Positions 13,522 to 23,625 of a DNA stretch of 64,000 nucleotides are shown here, piece after piece (within the stretch, counting starts at the first letter, position 1; the number at the start of each line of letters is the position of its first letter). The notes under the pieces are model-generated. The model was not told the origin of the DNA. It ran no database searches and saw only the letters and a list, made by a program, of their open reading frames with translations. The stretch comes from Sphagnum compactum (lineage: Eukaryota): positions 2,232,001 through 2,296,000 of the forward strand of contig OZ234494.1 of NCBI GenBank assembly GCA_965153455.1. The letters run 5' to 3'. The position numbers and the translations under genes were made by a program.

Positions 13522-13533
13522 GCTCTGATACCA
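13522..13533 (-). promoter_or_regulatory. tRNA-iMet primer binding site
   Basis: Minus strand TGGTATCAGAGC, 2 nt inside the 5' LTR boundary. Confidence 0.95.
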
Positions 13534-13535
13534 AG

Positions 13536-14520
13536 TGACGCACTCCCAAGTTCCTAGTGGACCCACTTGAGGGTCCAAGTATGTGGCAATGCGGAAGGAG
13601 TTGGAACTTGGAACACGCTCCCGACTTCTAGCACTAGAGGGGGGGTGAGAGGGGTGTGCTAGAAGTCCCGGGATAGACTAGGAAGAATTGACAAGCTTAT
13701 TCACTCACACGGGCCTGCACGCAACCCACACAAAGTGGTTAGTGCATAGTTGGAGCACCTTTGGTGCTAGGACGAGCCACGGGCAACACGGACACACAAG
13801 ACTCACCACGGCCCGGACTTGGGGGAAGCCACCCCTTCCCCCTTATAGTATACTCTGCAGCTCTCCACGGAGGCTACATCCAAATGGCTATTTTTCTCGG
13901 GACTCCCGAGTGGGAGTCCCGAAATCGCGCCAAATGGGACTCCCGCGACTTTGGAGCCCCATAACTTTGCGAGCAGACCTCGGATCACAATGCGGTCTGA
14001 AGCAAAGTTGTAGATCTCGTCGAGACCTTTCCAACGGTATGTCGCACGTCCTCTGCATCCTAGTATTTCGGGTCGATTCCCGACTTTTAGTGGTCGGGAG
14101 TCAAAACTGGCAGACTCCCGGGAATTCGACTCCCGACCCTTCTTTTGGCCATAACTTGTGTTTCAGATGTCCAAATGAGCAATGCGAGCTCACTTTAGGT
14201 ATCTACGCTTCAATAGCTTTCCAATGATATAAAGAACGTCACAAGACATTGAGGTTTGACACCTGCCATTACTCTCTGAAGTTTCGGGAGTCCACCGGGA
14301 CTCCATCTCCCAAAGTGGGAGTTGCCTTGGGAGTGTGAGTGTTCACTCCCTCACACTCCCTCACACTTTCTTACACTCCCGGGAATGTGATGTGACTCTC
14401 GGGCTTTCTCTTGCCTTGACTCCCGGGCTTCCTCTTGGTTTAACTCCCGGGCTTCCTCTTGGCCCGCAACCTTATAACCCCTTTGCCTTTGGTCCCGGGC
14501 CCAAAGCTAGGGTTGCGACA
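13536..14520 (-). repeat. 5' LTR of the chromovirus
   Basis: Near-identical to 7225-8209 and adjacent to the PBS. Confidence 0.97.
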
Positions 14521-14525
14521 GCATT

Positions 14526-16143
14526 GGTCTCCATCCTATGTATCTATTACTCACGGTGGTGTTGTTAGTGGTGGTACTACTACACCGTCTACTCCTAGTA
14601 CGAGCACACAAGTTGTTCCCCCACCTCTGTTTAACCCTATCACGGGAGTTCTTTTTGAGGCTGAAGAAGAACTACCAGGGGGTGAAGACGGAGAAGTTGA
14701 AGAGTCTTTAAGAATTTGAACGAAGACTGGTGAGAGTCTTCGTGAGGCATACACTCGTATGCGATGGTTAATTGCAGTTACCCAGGGGGTGACGGAGGCT
14801 CAGGCAGTCCAATTTTGGTATGGGATTCTAGACAAGGAGTTGCGACAGAGAGCACGCGGGTGACTCTCATGAGTGACGATTCTCCCACATTGGCCCATGT
14901 GTTTGCTTTTTCTGAGAAGATAGAGCTTAACATGGTGGAGGAGAGGGTGGTGACATCTGGATTCAATAGGGATATAGTTACTACTTCTCGTGGACAACAG
15001 TCCACCTCACAACCTCATACTGGTGGAGGTGGGAGTCGTGGAGGTCAGGTACGACCTCAGTCAGGTTCTGGAGGGACGGGTGCACAAAGACCGTTGCCTT
15101 CATTCGTTAGTCAACAGCAGGGACAATGTTGTTGGACATGTGGTGGTGCTCATATTCGGAGGGATTGTCCACAGGAGAGTGGTGGACGGACTTTGGCTGA
15201 TGGATCTCAGTCGACACAAGTTCAATGTGATAACTGTGGCCGGGTCGGCCACCCTCGTGAGCGTTGTTTTAACCTTTACCCAGAATTGAGATTAGGTCGT
15301 GGTGGAGCGGCTCAAAGAGGTCGTGGTGGTAGAGGTGGTAGAGGTGGTGGGGGTGGTAGAGGTACACCAACGGTCAGGGCACCTCCCGTGATCACTCCTC
15401 CGCTTACGACAGAGGCAGCTATGGCTGCTAGGATTGAGCAGTTGGAGCAAAGGCTTGCTACCATGGCAAGTTTCCAGCATCGATCACATTCAAGAGGTGA
15501 GGCTCCCACATCTTATGGGGGAGATGATCTCTTTTATATGGCTAGTGTAGCAAAAATTGAGGCGTCCATTGCAGTGACGAGAGGCGTCACTCAAGCCTCG
15601 GAGCCACGTGGGGCAACTGTGGAGTTGGATCCACAGAAGGGTGAAGCTGGTAGACAGGCCAGGCTTCCCCAATCATTCTTGTTGTCTGAAGTGGTTAGGA
15701 CTCCTTCCATGGTTCCTACACCACCTATTGAGCCAACAGTGGGGCCAACAACATCGACATCACATGTAGTGGACACGGATGTATCATTGAGTGCAATGTC
15801 GCGGATGGTGACTTCAGTGTTGGGATCTCCAACATTTTCGGCTAATGATTTGATGGCGTCAGGAGTTGACTTAACTCGTGTATTTCGACTAGCAGCCACA
15901 TTGTGTGAACATGGGAGTGTTGTTGCTACAAGTGTCGAGGTGTGTGAGGGTGTTGATGTGGGGCAACGTGTGGCGGGGGATGTTGTTGTGGAGCAACTCG
16001 TGGTATCAGGTGTGGATAGTCCTTGGCAGGAGGCGACAGCTAAGATGGATGCATTACCAGCTCGATCAGCCATTAATCGTGAGAGGCTTACACCTGGTGT
16101 GTGTGTGTGTTGGATAATCGGAATGGTATTTTCCGGTTGGTGA
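14526..16143 (+). pseudogene. Gag C-terminal part of the DNMT element, with two zinc knuckles and an RGG-rich region
   Basis: GESLREAYTRM gag-like motif; CWTCGGAHIRRDC and CDNCGRVGHPRERC; RGRGGRGGRGG. Several frameshifts, the last in a (GT)n run near 16100. Confidence 0.8.
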
Positions 16144-16560
16144 GTCCTACGGGCCAGGTGTATAGACCAAATCGGGTTTTGTTGGATTCTGGTGCCCAAC
16201 CCTTGATGTTGGGGAAGGCAGCATGTATTGGTTTGGGTATTCGAAGGTCAAAGCTTGAACCGTGCCCATTCCAAATTTAGACATCACTTGGTGGAGCCAG
16301 TGGTAGGTCTAACTTCATGACACGTGAGAGATTGTCGGTGCAAATGAAACCGAATCATGTGACAAATAGCTCTAAGTTAGAAGTGACTGCTGTTGTTACA
16401 GCAGCTAAATCGTATGATGTACTAGTTGGAGGTGCCGTGTTGTATCCGGTGGGTTTTTAGATGGATTAGTGGACAAAGACAACAACTTATCAACCTGGTT
16501 GGCAGTCTGGGGATGGACGGATGAGCCAGGTGCCTGTGAGATTTATTTCTGGGGTTCGAC
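16110..16560 (+). pseudogene. Retroviral-type aspartic protease
   Basis: RVLLDSGAQPLMLGK (DSG at 16185-16193) and SYDVLVGG, in the same frame as the downstream DNMT-RT ORF. In-frame TAG stops at 16278, 16458 and 16467. Confidence 0.85.
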
Positions 16561-16899
16561 CAGGAGGGTCTCCCCCAGAGGTGTTGGCATCAGTTGCTGG
16601 TTTTAGTGGAGTGGTCACTTGGCTAGGTGACTTGTTGCAGGGCAACATTTTAGCTATTGACACTTCGGTCTACAAGGATATAGAGGAGGTTTCTAGCTTT
16701 GTTGCAGCAGGGTCCTCCTCATTGGATGTTCCACTTTGGCGTTCGAGTGGGGTGTTACGGCAAGATGCCGATCGTTTGGTATCACAAGCTTAGCGTGAGG
16801 CTTTTGTGCCTGTGGAGGAGGAGGAGGTTCCACAACGGACTCCTATTTCTGGTCCTGTTGGGTTGTCTCCATTGGATACTACACCCATTGCGTGGGAAT

Positions 16900-17870
16900 A
16901 TCCTTCCGAGGGTATTTGCGTGTTGGATCTATTTGGTGGGATCAGCACTGGTTTGGCAACAGTGCTTCAAGCGGGTATTCTAGTTCGGAAGTACCTTTAC
17001 GTGGAGAGAGATGAGACCGCGAGGAGGGTTTCATCGCGCCATCTTGCATTATTGAAGCGGCGATATCCTGAGTTGTTGCCGAGGTCGGCTATTCGAGGAT
17101 ATCAGCGAGCTTTGCCATCAGACATTGCATTGTTGGGGGCGGAAGACCTTGCGAGAGTTGGTCCTATTAATTTGGTGATTGCTGGATGGCCATGCCAGGT
17201 TCATATTCGGGCTGGTCATGGTGAGGGATTACGTGACCCTCAATCTCGTATGTTTTGGGAGATGTTGCGGGTGTCATGCCATCTTCAGACACATCAGGCA
17301 CGTGTTCCCGCGTACATTCTGGAGAATGTACCTTTGTTGGGTGATACTAGGTCTCATGTGATGGCAAGTGTACACCAAATCCGGTCTTGGATTGGACCAA
17401 CGGTTTTATTGGATGCAGCGAGGGTTGGTTCGCGTGCTCATCATCCCCGATTGTGGTGGACGAACTTGTTACCAAGTGAGGTGTTGAAACGGGCATATGA
17501 GACAGTACCACGATCTTCTCACCTCATAGTGGATAGTATCTTAGATATTGGGCGACGTTCTCAGGTGGTGAAAGTTGTTGATAGGTCACCCATGGAAGTG
17601 GTGAACCGAGTGGGACAGCCTAGGATGGCGTTACCCACATTTGTCAGTTTTCCAGCATCACATGCCTATAGAGAGGGTGGTCCAGGGCTTGTATGGGATA
17701 GTTGTTTGCAGCAATTAGTGGAGCCCAATGCCGATGAGAGAGAGCGTGTAATGGGGTTTCCTACAGGAGTGACATTTGTCCCTTCCATTTCCAAGGCTTC
17801 ACGTCGACAAGTGTTGGGTCAAGCCATGGACAATTGTTTGACTTGGATTGTTAGCCTTGGTATGGCTGAG
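16900..17870 (+). CDS. C5 cytosine DNA methyltransferase domain (DNMT3-like, non-permuted) within the retroelement pol ORF 16806-18983
   Basis: Ordered motifs: I VLDLFGGISTG, II YVERD, IV IAGWPCQ (PC at 17190-17195), VI YILENV, VIII AHHPRLWWTN, IX ERERVMGFPTGVT, X RRQVLGQAM. Confidence 0.92.
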
Positions 17871-18149
17871 CAGCGTCGGCTCAGAGCCACATTTGTAGTA
17901 GTTACACCTCTTGTGAGCTCGCTGTCCACCGTGACGGTAGAGGCATCGACTGGGGGCGAGGAAAGTTGTACTTTTCATCCTTGGAGTACATGGGATGTGT
18001 TGGGAAAGCATGTGAAGGTTGTGGCCCATGCTGTTGGAGGAGTTTGTTGCTCCATTGGTGTTCCATTGGGTGACTTGGAGGAGCGTGTGGTTTTTCCCAA
18101 GGTTTTTGCGTCGCAATCCATGGCATCGTCCTCTTCCTCTAGTGTGTGT

Positions 18150-18935
18150 ATCGAGGAGACTTGGGAGTCTTTGATGGGGCCCAAGCTAATAGGAGGAGAG
18201 AGGCGACGGTTAATGCAATTCCTAAGAGCTTACAGGATTTGTTTTACCTTTAGTATGAACGAGTTGGGTGCTTTGATTGGACTTGGTATACGGATTGAGT
18301 TGGCTAGTGACACGCCAATCTTCCGTCATCCTTATAGATATAGTGATATGGAGAGGGACTTGATTCGGAGTCGGACGTTGGATCTATTGGAGGCTGGATT
18401 AGTGGAGTTGTCGCATGGTGAATACGCATCAGCCATTGTCATGCCTGCCAAAAAGGATGTACATGGTAACTACACGGATAGGCGGATGTGTGGAGACTAC
18501 CGTCCTATCAATCGGCAGACTAAGTCCGATAAGTATGCCATGCCTACACTTGAAGAGATCTTTGATGTTGTGGGACATGCGAAGGTTTTTAATACACTTG
18601 ATCTTCGAGCAGGGTACCATCAGTTGCCGATTCGAGACGAGGACAAGGCCAAGACCACATTTTGGGGCGTCAACTCTCACGGGAAGGATTGTTTGTATCA
18701 GTGGAAGTTCTTACCCTTTGGGTTGAAGAATGCGCCTGCCGAGTTTCAACGTGTGATGGATAGGATCTTAGCAGGGTTGGATTTTGTTCGGTGTTATATC
18801 GATGATATTGTGGTATATAGTGATACCGTGGAAGAACACCAAATTCATCTACAAATTGTGTTTGAGCGGTTGAAGGCTCATGGTCTTCGTCTACATCCTG
18901 GGAAGTGTAAGTTCTTCCAGGAGAGTGTGGAGTAT
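18150..18935 (+). CDS. Ty3/Gypsy-type reverse transcriptase, truncated after ESVEY (RNase H and integrase missing)
   Basis: PYRYS, RMCGDYRPIN, LDLRAGYHQ, LPFGLKNAPAEFQR, CYIDD (YIDD at 18795-18806), KCKF. In frame with the methyltransferase. Confidence 0.95.
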
Positions 18936-18947
18936 TCGCACGATAAC

Positions 18948-19401
18948 TGTCATGACCATATGTGTGTTAGCTATAACATATAGTGTGCTATGGTAGCGAG
19001 TAATGCCTACTTAGGGTTTCTAGGTTTAGGGTTAGAGGAGAGTGGCTCTTCTGGTAGGACCCACCCTCATGTTGTGAGTGGGGGTATAAAGTGTGAGAGA
19101 GGGCTCAAAGAACTATGTTCTTTGAGTTGAGCCTAGAGCGTTGGGAGTAGTTGGAGTTAGTGGAGCTTCAAGCTATGGTGTCCCGTTAGCATCAGCCTAG
19201 ATTTCTCTGAGTGGAGTGGGCTTGGCTTGACTGTATGTGTTTGCATCATGAGTTTTATGATAGTAGATTTTTCTCGTGACATTTTCAATTGTGGTACACA
19301 TGTATTTGTGTATGCTCTCGTCTATGTTATGTGTTTGTGTGTGTATGTGAGTATGGTATGTCAGCGATGTATGTTGTATGACGATATGTATTCGCACGAC
19401 A
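18948..19401 (+). repeat. 3' terminal region of the DNMT element: repeat A2 (18948-19287) plus GT-rich segment B (19288-19401)
   Basis: A2 matches A1. B has no counterpart at the 5' end, but its last 14 nt recur at 18932-18945. Confidence 0.88.
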
Positions 19402-22064
19402 ACTCCCACTTTGAGAGTTGGAATCCCAATGGACTCTCAAATTTTCAAAGAATAATTTTAGAGGTCAATACTCATTGGTTTGAAGAGTTTCTTATACCAT
19501 TGGAAAGCTCTTGAAATGTAGATGTCTAAAATGGGTTCACATGTCTCATTTAAGTACTTAAAACACAAGTTATGGCCGAAAAAAAAGGTCGAAAGTCAAA
19601 GTGCCAATTTGACTCCCGACCATTAAAAGTTGAGAATCGCCCTGATTTACTTGTGTATAGGTGACGTGCTATATATAGGTGGAAGATCTCGATGAGGGCT
19701 ACAACTTTGCTTCAAACCTCACCTCAATCAAAAGTTAGCACAAAAAATTATGGGCCTCTAAAGTTGGAAAAGTCTCGATTTCAAGAATTTCAAAACTCTC
19801 GACTTGGGAGTCTTGGGACAAAATGACATTTGGGTGCAACCCCCATGGCCAGGCATAAAGAATATTATAAGGGGGAAGGTGGTGGCTTCCCCCAAGTCCA
19901 GGCCATGGTGAGTCTTATGAGTTCGTGTATGTTCGTGATTCGTCTGTGCACCAAAAATGTTCCAACTATGCACTAACCAACTTGCTATTTGGTTTGTGCA
20001 GGTCTATGTGAATAATTGACTCGCTTGTCACTTGTCCTAATCCCCATCCCAGAATTCCAACACACCCTTCTACCCCCCGAAGTGTTGCAAGCTAGGGAAC
20101 GTACCTCAACTCTTTTTTCCGTTATTTTCACCTTTGCACTCATAGTTGAGTCTGTCAAAGAATTTGGGGGTGCATCAATGCACATTAATGTGTCAAGGAC
20201 TTTTCATATGATTTTACACATGAATTATCATGTGACAATCAATGCACATAATTAAAATTATGACCAAACTTTTATGAAATTCAACTACCAAATAAATTAC
20301 CAAACTTAACCGTTAAATAATTACATAAATAATAATGTAATTACATTAGGTTACATGGTCATTGCTGATGTCAAAATAGAAGGCATGGTTTTCCTTTGTA
20401 CCCAAAAATAAAATAAAATAATGTGTTTATTGTCAACAACTTGTATCAGATCTATTATTGAACTCAAAATAGTTTTAAAACACAAAAAAGAGGTGTGAAA
20501 AATCAGATCTATAGTTGAATTCCCTACAAGGAAAAAAAAAGGTGTGGGTTAAAAAACCCTTATGGCTTAACGTACAAAACATTGTCAAGAAAAAACATTG
20601 GACCCCCCTCCCCTTAACATGAAATCCCCAAAAGGACTCTCAAATGCAAAGCAATTTCTCAAGTAAACGGCCGCATAATTCAATATTTGAAAAAAAATGA
20701 CCATTGCCGTATGTCTATGTCTATCTCCCAATTTCATTGAACATCCTTTACATTCAGGATTTTTAATTAGTTAATAAAATAGGTACATATTACATACCAA
20801 AAAAAGAAAAAAAAAACACGTAAGTGCCCAAGGATTTTTTTCATTTTTACTTTATTCCCAACATGTTCCCTAGGTTCCTAATGTATTCCCCAAGGATGTT
20901 CCCAATAACACCTCACTTTCATCCCATATGTTTTGTCCAAAGGCCTCCCCTTCACACCTATATAGGTGGGCCAAGGGGGGAGGCACTCTATAGTTTCAAC
21001 TCTTTTTTTTTGCAATGGGCCAATCAAATTGGCTCATTACCAAAAAACAAAAGTTGGATTCATAAATACCCCCAGTTTATAATATTACATAAATTGTGGA
21101 CAACATCACCAATGGAGTTTTTCTTTGGTGATGAGATTTTGAAAATTCCCTGTGTTTTCTAGAACAAAAGCTTGCTAAAATGTTGTGATTTTTCTTTCCA
21201 AAGATAAATTTGTCATAGTTTGAGACAGTTTTTAGTCTTGGAGCATTCTTTTAACAATTCTCTCCAGTTCCAATAATATTTTACAAACTTGTTGCCAATT
21301 AATACCTACAAAAATATGAGAAAAACGAAAAAAATGACCAAAAAAAATTAAATGAAAAATGGAAAATTAATTTAAAATAGAGAAAAAGTTTGAAGCGGCG
21401 GCCACACTGCGGCGTTCTTTTGTGTTTCCCTTTTCTCTGTTTTTTGCGGGAAAGGGGAAAACTAAGGCTTAAATTTATGTTTTTTTAATCCTTTGTTTTA
21501 ACGCGTATGCTTTTTTACTTTTTTTCCGTTTTACTGTCGTCGTCTCCCGTTCGAAGAAGCTCGCGGAGCGCGCTATCGGGTGCTTACCGAAGGCGACAGC
21601 AACAGCGGCAGCGTCGTCGTCGTTGCGGTGCACTCGCTGTGCGGGTGTAGCTATCGGTGCACTCGTTTTGCAGCGTGATCTTCTGCGCAGAAGCGAGAAT
21701 CCGCCAATTTTGCGGCAATATTTTGATCTTCTTTTTTGAAAGCCCAGTGCAACAATGGAGGCACACGAAAGATCCAAAAATTAAAATTGGTGTGTTTTCT
21801 GATCATAGCTCCTCCTCTTCCTCCTCATCAATATTTCTGTAGTGAGCTTTTATCGATGATGTGCATCGCCCAGAGTTGTGATCTAGTACTTGGATATTGT
21901 TTCTTTCTGTGAAGAGCTCCGTCGATTACTGGTTTCGTGAGCGTGAGAGACGAGTGGCTAGGTTCCCAGGCGCAGTAAGCTAAATTACGTGCTTTCAACA
22001 GAAAAGTGAGGAGGTTTTTTTTCTTCTTTCTTTTTCGGTCGGAGATTGGAACTTGCAATCTCAG

Positions 22065-23258
22065 ATGGAGTCAGTGTCTACGTCCATGCGTGATTCGCTC
22101 CGGCAATGTCAATTCCTTTCGGATTTGAAAAACTCTTGTGAACATGCTGTACAAGAATTTTACATTGCGGTGAAGCAGCGAGCATTGAAGTCTTCTCTGT
22201 TAGGCGTTCCTTTGCTGCCGCGAAGAAACGGTCGCTTCTCATCTGTCGTGAACGGGATCAAAACGTGGCCGAGACGAGCCAGCCGCGGATCGCGAGAACA
22301 GTCGTCGCCAAACGCGCAACCGGCATCCTCTCCGGCAAGACGTTATCGTCATTGTCGCTCGTTTCCCGCGCCTGGACTCACGTTCGCGTCCTGCAACGTT
22401 ACACAGTCGCGCAGTAAGTACAGCCCTGACATCCTGAAGGCTTCAAGGCCGACCTCGTTACTTGGAGATGGCGAGGAGGCATTGCCTATCGGCACGTTAC
22501 CTGCATCACAGAACAAGACTTCTCTTAACATCGCGGTCAGTTCCGATTATGATAAGTTTTGGACCGACGTCATGCCCGATCTCCATGATTTTGTGAGGAA
22601 GGAAGAGTTTGATATATACATGAAGGAGGGAATACAGGAGTTTCACAAGAGGAGTAATTGCTATTCAGCACCAGAGATGCCGCAGGGAGATGCCTGGGTT
22701 GAGGATCTGCCGGAATTCGTAGGAATTCTGACCTCTTCTTATACTACTTCAGAAACCGAGCAGGAAGGCGCCGGAGATTCATCGGTCGTGACACAGTCGG
22801 AGAACGAAACTGCAAGCTCTTCTGCAGCATCGGAAGAGCCGGCCGGAGTTCAGCGATTTCGCCGTCGGTTCAGGGGAATCCGGCTGAAAGACAACAAATG
22901 GATCTCGGAAATCAGGCCTTCGCGCGCGAAGAGGACAGTGTGGCTGGGCACGTACGCGACGGAAGAAGAAGCGGCCCGCGCATTTGACGCCGGTATATTT
23001 TATTACCGAAAATCTAACATTCCCTACAATTTTTCCGATTCTCCTGAAGTGCTTCCGGAAGTGAATCAAGGACCGCAGGAGGTGAGTGCCAAATTCGTGA
23101 AGACAGAGGCAAGAAGAAATGCACAGAGAGCGCGGCCATCGACGGATTCTTCACATCAACTCCTCACGACTGCAATTCAAGAGCAAGCCTCCCCATCATC
23201 GGGATCGTCCAGGCAATGGTTCAGAGGATGCAGGGGAAGGAAGTCATATTCCCAATGA
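22065..23258 (+). CDS. AP2/ERF-domain transcription factor
   Basis: Open frame from the ATG at 22065, with AP2 domain RFRGIRLKDNKWISEIRP...VWLGTYATEEEAARAFDAG...YNFS (about 22865-23035). The true 3' end could be spliced. Confidence 0.88.
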   Translation: MESVSTSMRDSLRQCQFLSDLKNSCEHAVQEFYIAVKQRALKSSLLGVPLLPRRNGRFSSVVNGIKTWPRRASRGSREQSSPNAQPASSPARRYRHCRSFPAPGLTFASCNVTQSRSKYSPDILKASRPTSLLGDGEEALPIGTLPASQNKTSLNIAVSSDYDKFWTDVMPDLHDFVRKEEFDIYMKEGIQEFHKRSNCYSAPEMPQGDAWVEDLPEFVGILTSSYTTSETEQEGAGDSSVVTQSENETASSSAASEEPAGVQRFRRRFRGIRLKDNKWISEIRPSRAKRTVWLGTYATEEEAARAFDAGIFYYRKSNIPYNFSDSPEVLPEVNQGPQEVSAKFVKTEARRNAQRARPSTDSSHQLLTTAIQEQASPSSGSSRQWFRGCRGRKSYSQ

Positions 23259-23335
23259 ACACTCTCCAAGGTCGAATCCTTCTTCCACACCAATTTTCCT
23301 ATTGTAACTATATTCTCCCCCTCTCTCTCTCTGCT

Positions 23336-23625
23336 CTTCCTTCTTGTACACACACGGACAGCACCAAATCTGCTTACGGATCGCTGCAACGCTTCTCCAG
23401 AATGTGGCATTATTCTCAGTCCCGCCTTCCTTCTTGTACACACACGGACAGCACCAAATCTGCTTACGGATCGCTGCAACGCTTCTCCAAAACGTGCCAT
23501 TATTCTCATATCGGGACGACATTCGTGTTCTTGTTTGTGTAAAATACACGGATCTACTTACGGATCTCTACAACGCTTCTCCAGAACGTGTCATTACTCT
23601 CAGATCGGGACGACATTCACATTCT
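23336..23625 (+). repeat. Tandem repeat, 90-bp period (2 near-perfect copies plus 1 degenerate)
   Basis: CTTCCTTCTTGTACACACACGGACAGCACCAAATCTGCTTACGGATCGCTGCAACGCTTCTCCA at 23336 and 23426; degenerate copy from about 23545. Confidence 0.9.

Larger units (their letters stand above)
7225..14520 (-). mobile_element. Young full-length Ty3/Gypsy chromovirus LTR retrotransposon
   Basis: 985-bp LTRs with TG...CA ends. 5-bp TSD GCATT (7220-7224, 14521-14525). tRNA-Met PBS, PPT, and gag-PR-RT-RH-INT-chromodomain order. Confidence 0.98.
1864..19401 (+). mobile_element. Ty3/Gypsy-type retroelement encoding Gag-PR-DNMT-RT, degenerate, with the 3' part of pol deleted
   Basis: Termini TGTCATG...CACGACA flanked by 4-bp TSD ACTC (1860-1863, 19402-19405); removing the element restores the host LTR sequence GGACTCCCACTTTG. 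Long direct repeats at 1864-2191 and 18948-19287. Internal gag, protease, methyltransferase and RT motifs on the + strand. Confidence 0.9.
1719..20177 (+). mobile_element. Old solo LTR of the same family as the 7225-14520 element, in opposite orientation, split in two (1719-1863 and 19402-20177) by the DNMT-carrying element
   Basis: Starts TGTCACGACC at 1719 and ends GGTGCATCA at 20177. The two halves join into a diverged reverse complement of the 985-bp LTR (shared blocks such as AAGGGGGAAGGTGGTGGCTTCCCCCAAGTCC, AACTATGCACTAACC, AAACACAAGTTATGGCC). Flanks ATTCA (1714-1718) and ATGCA (20178-20182) fit a 5-bp TSD with one mismatch. Confidence 0.85.

Noticed and set aside
9330-13549. Numerous + strand ORFs over the chromovirus pol
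   Set aside because: Antisense shadows of the gag-pol frame.
16806-17870. Host DRM/DNMT3 gene or bacterial restriction-modification contamination
   Set aside because: Intronless and in frame with protease and RT inside TSD-bounded termini. No UBA/PWWP domain or restriction enzyme nearby.
1864-19401. Classifying the DNMT element as a true DIRS/Ngaro tyrosine-recombinase element
   Set aside because: No recombinase visible. The RT is Gypsy-like, an aspartic protease is present, and there is a clean 4-bp TSD. Only the repeat layout is DIRS-like.
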